Assembly (NCBI GenBank): GCA_035479795.1
Contig: DATIII010000002.1
Location: 7-64,006 of the forward strand
From: Candidatus Saccharimonadales bacterium
GTDB taxonomy: Bacteria > Patescibacteriota > Saccharimonadia > UBA4664 > SCTI01
Reading direction: 5' to 3'
Length of the DNA stretch: 64,000 bases
The translations under genes were made by a program, and so were the position numbers. The notes under the pieces were generated by a model. It worked only from the letters and a program-made list of their open reading frames with translations, was not told where the DNA came from and did no database searches. Below are positions 58,450-64,000 of this stretch, one piece after another; within the stretch, counting starts at the first letter, position 1; every line of letters starts with the position of its first letter.

Positions 58450-58515
58450 TTATTTAACGACGCGGACTTTGATGCGCTGAGCGCGTTGCGGGGCTACTTT
58501 GATGACTAAAGTCAC
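58450..58515 (-). CDS. Candidate 21-aa microprotein MTLVIKVAPQRAQRIKVRVVK
   Basis: GTGA overlap with the rsmH stop; SD AAGGAG 5 nt upstream. Confidence 0.5.
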   Translation of the reverse strand: MTLVIKVAPQRAQRIKVRVVK

Positions 58516-59435
58516 TTTGGCTCCTTTTGGTTTTTTATTTTCACTGCGGCTCGAAGTTTTGCGCTGCGAGCACGCGGGTTAAAAGCATCTTCGGTCCCGG
58601 AAACTGCCTTTCGAGTCAGTTTCTTCAAGGATGCCACATGGTCGCAAACACATATCGGTTGCTCGGATGGGCAGATACAGTCCCGGGATTCTTGGTTAAT
58701 AAACTCTTTAACAATTCTGTCTTCTAACGAGTGGAAGCTAATAACAGCCAGTCGTCCTTCAACATTCAAGATGTCGACAAGAATCGGTAGAGCTGACGTG
58801 AGTTGCTCGAGCTCGCTGTTTACAGCTATGCGGAGAGCTTGGAAGGTACGGGTTGCTGGATGAATGTCTTCGCGGTAGCCAATAGTTTTGCCGATTAGAT
58901 CCGCCAGCGCTTTGGTGCTACTAAGCGGTCGGGCGGCAACAATGGCCCCCGCGATACGACGTGATTTTCGTTCCTCTCCGAACTTGTATATTAAGTTCGC
59001 CAGCCGTTGCTCATCGTAATGGTTAACGATATCAGCAGCTGTCAGATTACCCACGGCGTCCATACGCATGTCGAGTGGCCCATCGGTTCGAAAACTAAAG
59101 CCTCTTTCTGGCGTGTCCAGCTGTGGTGACGAAACCCCTAAATCGAGCAGTACCATGTCTATCTGAGTGCCTCGCTCTTTTAAATCTTGAGCGGCTTCCA
59201 GATAGTTTTCATGGATAATCTCTACCCTATTTGCAAACTTCTGCTGCAGACTTTTAACTGCTTCGGAGTCGCGATCAACCAGTATGGCTTCTCCGCTTTC
59301 GCCGATAATTTCGATTATGGCTGCAGCGTGCCCGCCGTAACCCGCAGTACCGTCAAAGTAAGTCTCACCAGCCTTAGGGGCTAGCAGCTCAACGACTTTG
59401 TCGCGCAGTACAGGAATGTGTGGTTGGGTGGTCAT
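58512..59435 (-). CDS. rsmH: 16S rRNA m4C1402 methyltransferase
   Basis: HIPVL, DGTAGYGGH, DLGVSSPQLD, PLDMRM, FHSLEDRIVK, NPRARSAKLR. Confidence 0.96.
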   Translation of the reverse strand: MTTQPHIPVLRDKVVELLAPKAGETYFDGTAGYGGHAAAIIEIIGESGEAILVDRDSEAVKSLQQKFANRVEIIHENYLEAAQDLKERGTQIDMVLLDLGVSSPQLDTPERGFSFRTDGPLDMRMDAVGNLTAADIVNHYDEQRLANLIYKFGEERKSRRIAGAIVAARPLSSTKALADLIGKTIGYREDIHPATRTFQALRIAVNSELEQLTSALPILVDILNVEGRLAVISFHSLEDRIVKEFINQESRDCICPSEQPICVCDHVASLKKLTRKAVSGTEDAFNPRARSAKLRAAVKIKNQKEPK

Positions 59436-59725
59436 TTCAAGGTCACCTATTTAGCAGCCAGCTTTTGTTTGAAGTTTTTGTTTTTGTAGAGTTTTTCCGC
59501 CGAAGGCGGAAGTTAGTCTCTAAAGCGAGACTAGATGTGGTAAGGAATTTCTCATAATTCCATGTGGAAGTGTGGGTCATTCCTTAAAACGAAAAGTGTG
59601 TGAGGTGGAGTTTTTTGTTGGTAGGAGCCAGGGCGTTTGCGGTATCCCTAAGGACCGTTGCGCTGACTGCCAAGTAGTTGGTCTTGAATTTTTGTTTTTG
59701 TATTTTCAAAGAGCGGGTGTGGTTT

Positions 59726-60115
59726 TTAGCTACGAGGAGTTTTCAGTCTCCAGTAATCCCCTGGCAGCTTAGTAGCGACTACTTCACGGTTTTTGTCGAA
59801 CCCGCCGTAAGCCAGCAATTCCTTATCGATGATGATACGGCCCTGCTTGGTATCCATGGTTGTCTCGCTCAGTCCTTCGATGATTCGATCAGCCATATCG
59901 GCTAGATCTTCGTCGAAAAGAATGGGCATGGCCCCGCCTCCGCGACCTTTGGTGGCCGCTTCGAACTGAGTATTCCAGACGTTCTCCGGGTAGAGATGTA
60001 AGTAGTCTTTAAAGCCTTTAGTGATAACAATCTTCCCCCCTGCAAACTCGTCATGGAGCTCGGCTGGAATTGTCAGCCGGTTCTTGTCATCGAGTTTGCG
60101 TCGGAAGTATCTCAC
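59726..60115 (-). CDS. mraZ: Transcriptional regulator MraZ
   Basis: LDDKNRLTIP and MDTKQGRIII SpoVT/AbrB repeats; heads the dcw cluster. Confidence 0.85.
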   Translation of the reverse strand: MRYFRRKLDDKNRLTIPAELHDEFAGGKIVITKGFKDYLHLYPENVWNTQFEAATKGRGGGAMPILFDEDLADMADRIIEGLSETTMDTKQGRIIIDKELLAYGGFDKNREVVATKLPGDYWRLKTPRS

Positions 60116-60178
60116 TTATGCTCCTTTTCAACCCTCTTGAATTACCCTCTTTTGTAATTCACTGTCATCAGTTTATCA

Positions 60179-60213
60179 CCCACTTTTACCCACTGTCAAC
60201 AACATTTACCCAC
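60179..60213 (-). promoter_or_regulatory. MraZ binding boxes overlapping the dcw promoter
   Basis: Three AGTGGGT repeats in 10-bp register around TTGACA...TAAACT. Confidence 0.75.
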
Positions 60214-60237
60214 TTTCTTCCAGTATTTTACATCTAA

Positions 60238-60267
60238 AAAAATAATGGCTCTGCGGAGCCATTATTT
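60238..60267 (-). terminator. glyQS terminator
   Basis: AAATAATGGCTC-CGCA-GAGCCATTATTTTTT on the minus strand. Confidence 0.75.
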
Positions 60268-60290
60268 GTTAAACTTAGCTATTTTGACTG

Positions 60291-61685
60291 CTAGTTAGCT
60301 GGGGAGTTAAACCCTTCCAGCTGTTTCCAAACCTCTACCTGCAGGTTCTCAATCGGTACTCTCACCTGTTCCAGGGTGTCACGGTGACGGATAGTTACCT
60401 GCTTATCATCGAGTGATTCGAAATCCACGGTCACGCACAGCGGCGTACCAATTTCATCCTGGCGGCGGTAACGGCGGCCGATTGACTGGGTCTCGTCATA
60501 TTCAGTGCGGTATTTATCGCTGAGCTGGTCAAAAACTTCGTGCGCGAGCTTAGACAGCTCCGGTTTTTTAGAAAGTGGAAGAACAGCTACCTTAATTGGG
60601 GCTACCTCCGGCGTAAACTTCAGCACCACCCGCTTTTCTCCATTCACCTCCTCCTCATGGTAGGCGCTGTGGAGTAGGGCTAACATGAGCCGTCCAACGC
60701 CGACTGAAGGCTCAATGACATTTGGAGTATAGCGATTGCCACTAGCCTCATCGAAATAGCTAAGATCTTTCCCACTCCCCTCGCTCTGGGCCTTGAGATC
60801 AAAGTCGGTACGGTTAGCGATGCCCCACAGCTCTTTCTTGCCAAAGGGATAGGCGTATTGGATGTCAGTGCTAGCCGCCGCGTAGTGTGCTCGCTCATCT
60901 TTATCGTGATCATACCAACTGATGTTGTCTTTTTTTAAACCGATCCTGAGCAACCAGTCCCAGCAGTACTGTTTCCAGCGCTCATATTCAGTTTTTTGGT
61001 CATCCGGGTGAATGAAGAACTCAAGCTCCATCTGTTCAAGTTCGCGAACTCTAAAGATAAAGTCTCCGGGTGTTATTTCATTACGAAAGGCCTTGCCTAT
61101 CTGAGCAATACCAAAGGGAATGCGCTGGCGGCTAGTCTCCATCACATTGGCAAACTGGGCAAAGATGCCACCAGCCGTTTCGGGACGCAGGTAGGCTAAA
61201 TTGGCATCATCTTGAACCGGGCCGACATAGGTCTTAAACATCATTTGAAAAGTTCGAGTTGGAGTAAAGGTACCTTTCTTCCCGCAATTAGGACATGCCA
61301 TGTCTTCAAGAGCCTTATCGTATTGCTTTAGATCTTTGGTCTCAATCCCAGCAATGTGATCCGCCCGAAAGCGATGTTTGCAATTTTTGCAGTCCACCAT
61401 CGGATCTACAAAGGTCTCAACATGACCGCTGGCCTGCCACATTTTGGGGTTCTGAATAATGGTTGAATCCAAGCCAACTACGTTGTCATGCTTCCAGACA
61501 AAGGCCTTCCACCAGGCATCACGGATATTTTTAGCCAACTCGGTGCCGTAAGGGCCATAATCCCAAAACCCGGCCAGGCCCCCGTAAATTTCACTGGCCT
61601 GAAACACAAAGCCCCGCCGCTTGGTCAGCGAAACGAGCTCTTCCATGCTTGGGCCATTAAGTTTTTGAGTTTTTGCCATTACCAC
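60291..61685 (-). CDS. glyQS: Glycine--tRNA ligase (alpha2 type)
   Basis: KRRGF, EIYGG, YLRPETA, FRNEITP, IEPSVG, IGRRYRRQDEIGTP. Confidence 0.96.
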   Translation of the reverse strand: MVMAKTQKLNGPSMEELVSLTKRRGFVFQASEIYGGLAGFWDYGPYGTELAKNIRDAWWKAFVWKHDNVVGLDSTIIQNPKMWQASGHVETFVDPMVDCKNCKHRFRADHIAGIETKDLKQYDKALEDMACPNCGKKGTFTPTRTFQMMFKTYVGPVQDDANLAYLRPETAGGIFAQFANVMETSRQRIPFGIAQIGKAFRNEITPGDFIFRVRELEQMELEFFIHPDDQKTEYERWKQYCWDWLLRIGLKKDNISWYDHDKDERAHYAAASTDIQYAYPFGKKELWGIANRTDFDLKAQSEGSGKDLSYFDEASGNRYTPNVIEPSVGVGRLMLALLHSAYHEEEVNGEKRVVLKFTPEVAPIKVAVLPLSKKPELSKLAHEVFDQLSDKYRTEYDETQSIGRRYRRQDEIGTPLCVTVDFESLDDKQVTIRHRDTLEQVRVPIENLQVEVWKQLEGFNSPAN

Positions 61686-61713
61686 TAATTATATGTTCAG
61701 ATCAACCCCTGGC

Positions 61714-62442
61714 TCAAGCTAAAACCTGCTCGCTCCTGAAGCGTTTGCCGAAAGTATAGTCGTAAAAGGCGTTACAAATGACTAGACCCTCTGATGACAG
61801 CTTGGCAATGTCGGCAATCTCTCGAATTGTTTCCGGAGGTCGGCTGAGCATTATCCGCCACAGTTTAATCTGGGTTTGATCCATCGGCAAATTGCCGGCG
61901 GTCGAGCAGCCATCATCAACAATCCCCCCGAGCTCCAAATTAAACCGGTAACCTCGCTGATCATCGCTGGCTTTGCAAATCATACAACCCTCTAAAGCCG
62001 GCCGATAGCCCAACTTATCAAGCAGCCCCAGCTTAAACCACAGCTCTAAAGTCGGGCCAGCCTGCCCTCTATCCAACTCTGCCAGCGAAGTAGCCAATAG
62101 CTCGTATAGCCCGTCATGATGCTGATTTTCGCCTCCAAGCTTGGCCACAATTTCGCTAAATAAATAAGCCTGACGCAACTGTTCGTAATCGCCAACTAAG
62201 GTTGCTGGGAGTTTTACCAGACGAGCTGAAGTTAGAACATCCATACTCTTGCCTTTGACGAGCATTAATTCGCTTTCGTTAAACGGTTCCAGATGACCAG
62301 CCAGTTTGCTTTTGGCCCGACGCAGGCCTTTCCCGACCACGCGTATCATCCCTCGGTCCCTGGTTAGAATCGTCAGAATTCGATCGGCTTCGCCCAGGTT
62401 CGTACGGCTTAAAATTATGCCGGTAGTTTTATAGCTACGCAT
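61714..62442 (-). CDS. recO: DNA repair protein RecO
   Basis: GIIL....GEADRILTILT...G, KG.RR.KSKLAGHLEPF, Zn-finger C..C. Confidence 0.93.
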   Translation of the reverse strand: MRSYKTTGIILSRTNLGEADRILTILTRDRGMIRVVGKGLRRAKSKLAGHLEPFNESELMLVKGKSMDVLTSARLVKLPATLVGDYEQLRQAYLFSEIVAKLGGENQHHDGLYELLATSLAELDRGQAGPTLELWFKLGLLDKLGYRPALEGCMICKASDDQRGYRFNLELGGIVDDGCSTAGNLPMDQTQIKLWRIMLSRPPETIREIADIAKLSSEGLVICNAFYDYTFGKRFRSEQVLA

Positions 62443-62516
62443 GGTTTTAGTATCTAGGATTTAGGATGTAGGATCTAGAGTCCTTTTGGTCTAAACCTCA
62501 ATTCTAAATTCTGAAT

Positions 62517-62891
62517 CTAACTGAGTGCTTTCATCACTTTTGTGACAACTTCGTCTGGAGTGTGATGGGATTTGATTAGATAATCGTTAACGCCCAGCGC
62601 CCGAGCCAGCTCTTGGTTCATATCGACTTCTTGCTCACCTAGATTTGTTAACAAAATGACTGGCAGATTACGTAGATTCGGCTTTTTCTTAATCTCTTTC
62701 AAGACATGAAAGCCGTTGAGTTTGGGCATAAGAATATCCAGCAAAATAATATCGGGCAGATAGTCCTCTAGAAGATCCAGACACTCTTGACCATTGGTGG
62801 CCACCACAATATCGTGGCCTTCAAGTTCAAACTTTGCCTGATACATTTCAACCAAAATGGCATCATCTTCCACCAGCATTATCTTGGCCAT
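62517..62891 (-). CDS. Single-domain response regulator
   Basis: LVEDD, LDILMPKLNG, LTNL, YLIK. Confidence 0.92.
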   Translation of the reverse strand: MAKIMLVEDDAILVEMYQAKFELEGHDIVVATNGQECLDLLEDYLPDIILLDILMPKLNGFHVLKEIKKKPNLRNLPVILLTNLGEQEVDMNQELARALGVNDYLIKSHHTPDEVVTKVMKALS

Positions 62892-62928
62892 ATTTGATTA
62901 CTCCTTTTCGTATCCCAGTATTATACAC

Positions 62929-64000
62929 CTACTGCAGAAGCGGCAACTGCTTGGCTATGGGCATGGTAAAACTAAACTTAGATCCCTTGTGCTCGCGACT
63001 GGTAGCCCAGATGCGCCCGCCATGAGATTCCACTAAATTCTTCACGATGTACAGCCCCAGACCGCTGCCCCCCGCCTGCATACTCATGGGGTTATAAATG
63101 CGACCAAACTTTTGAAACAACTGGTCAACATTGGCAGCCGTAATGCCCACCCCCTGGTCGGTAATACTGGTCACCAGCTCATTACCTTGGACCTTAAAGT
63201 CGATATTGACCTCACTTTTGGGCAACGAATATTTGATAGCGTTATCAACTAAATTCAGTAGGATCTGTCTAAGTCTGGTCTCGTCGGCCAAGACTAATGG
63301 CAGTTTCTGGCGGCGATTTATTTTAATCATGATTTGCCGCTCAAAACCCTTCGAGGCCAGCTCGCTAACCACGTCACTAATTAACGGCTCAACCGCTAGC
63401 GGCGCTACCTTAAGCCGAATCTTGCCGCTTTCGATATAGCTGGCATCAAGCAGGTCTTCGACCAAGTTGATCATGCGCTGATTAGTTTGGTACACCCTAG
63501 TCAGAAAATGAAACTGCTTCTCGGAAAGTTCACCAAAATCCTTTTTGATGAGCATAGATAAGAAGCCTTTGATAGCACTCAGGGGTGTCCGCAGCTCATG
63601 CGAGACAATGGAAATAAAGTCGCTTTTGACCGCCTCAATTTCGCGCTCCTTTTGCACATTCGAAATTACCGCGATGCCACTAATAACCACGCCAGCGCTA
63701 TCAAAGATTGGCGAGTAACTGATTTCTGTCCAAATATGTTGGCCGTTTTTGGCCTGGAGCAGCGCCTCTCGCTTGGTTACCACTTCACCCTCACCCAGAA
63801 CATGTTTAATTGGCGACAAGGCCGACAGATTAAAGCCCTCAGGTGAAATCGTCCGCACCACATCCGTAAACAGCCGACCAACCACCTCCCCGCTATTGAA
63901 ACCGGTGAGCTTGCAGGCTGCTGGGTTGAAGCCAACAATCCGGCCATTCTTATCGAAGATCACAATGCCTTCTTCGGCAAACTGAAAGACCGCCTCCCAT
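62929..64000 (-). CDS. PAS-domain histidine kinase (partial, starts beyond window)
   Basis: PAS (FNPAACKLTG), SHELRTPL, DNAIKYS, GSGLGL. Confidence 0.92.
   Translation of the reverse strand, partial: WEAVFQFAEEGIVIFDKNGRIVGFNPAACKLTGFNSGEVVGRLFTDVVRTISPEGFNLSALSPIKHVLGEGEVVTKREALLQAKNGQHIWTEISYSPIFDSAGVVISGIAVISNVQKEREIEAVKSDFISIVSHELRTPLSAIKGFLSMLIKKDFGELSEKQFHFLTRVYQTNQRMINLVEDLLDASYIESGKIRLKVAPLAVEPLISDVVSELASKGFERQIMIKINRRQKLPLVLADETRLRQILLNLVDNAIKYSLPKSEVNIDFKVQGNELVTSITDQGVGITAANVDQLFQKFGRIYNPMSMQAGGSGLGLYIVKNLVESHGGRIWATSREHKGSKFSFTMPIAKQLPLLQ

Noticed and set aside
58327-58509. Track ORF on + and the extended ftsL start at 58399
   Set aside because: Both overlap the strong hairpin; a better SD-led ftsL start exists at 58339
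1-64000. CRISPR array or cas genes
   Set aside because: No 23-47-bp repeats separated by unique spacers and no Cas motifs; the only repeats are 6-7-bp tandems and palindromes

Overview
Chromosomal segment of a Patescibacteria (CPR) bacterium, most consistent with Saccharimonadia/Saccharibacteria. This is an inference from the gene set: pilin end, sortase, HARE-HTH/sigma4 protein plus VirD4-like ATPase, alpha2 GlyRS, a reduced dcw cluster and no central metabolism. The window holds housekeeping genes (xth, mreB, gltX, der, pth, dprA, dus, topA, PBP1A, mraZ-rsmH-ftsL-ftsI-mraY-ftsW-murG-ftsQ, glyQS, recO), a Ku-LigD NHEJ pair, three two-component systems, two tRNAs (Leu-CAA, Glu-CTC) and two Rpf-like transglycosylases. 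Main observations: (1) a ~230-nt, promoter-to-terminator, highly structured and switch-like candidate ncRNA at 33737-33966; (2) two expression architectures, with apparently leaderless core genes versus about ten self-contained GC-rich orphan islets carrying near-identical strong promoters, SD sites and terminators; (3) resuscitation-promoting-factor-like enzymes in a probable episymbiont of Actinobacteria; (4) an unannotated 21-aa microprotein plus hairpin inside the dcw operon; (5) a hisS fragment beside tRNA-Glu, a palindrome inserted in frame in dus, heptamer repeats at promoters and an MprA/CiaR-like box regulon. No CRISPR array, integrase or transposase was seen. All family assignments come from motif recognition by eye, not database searches.
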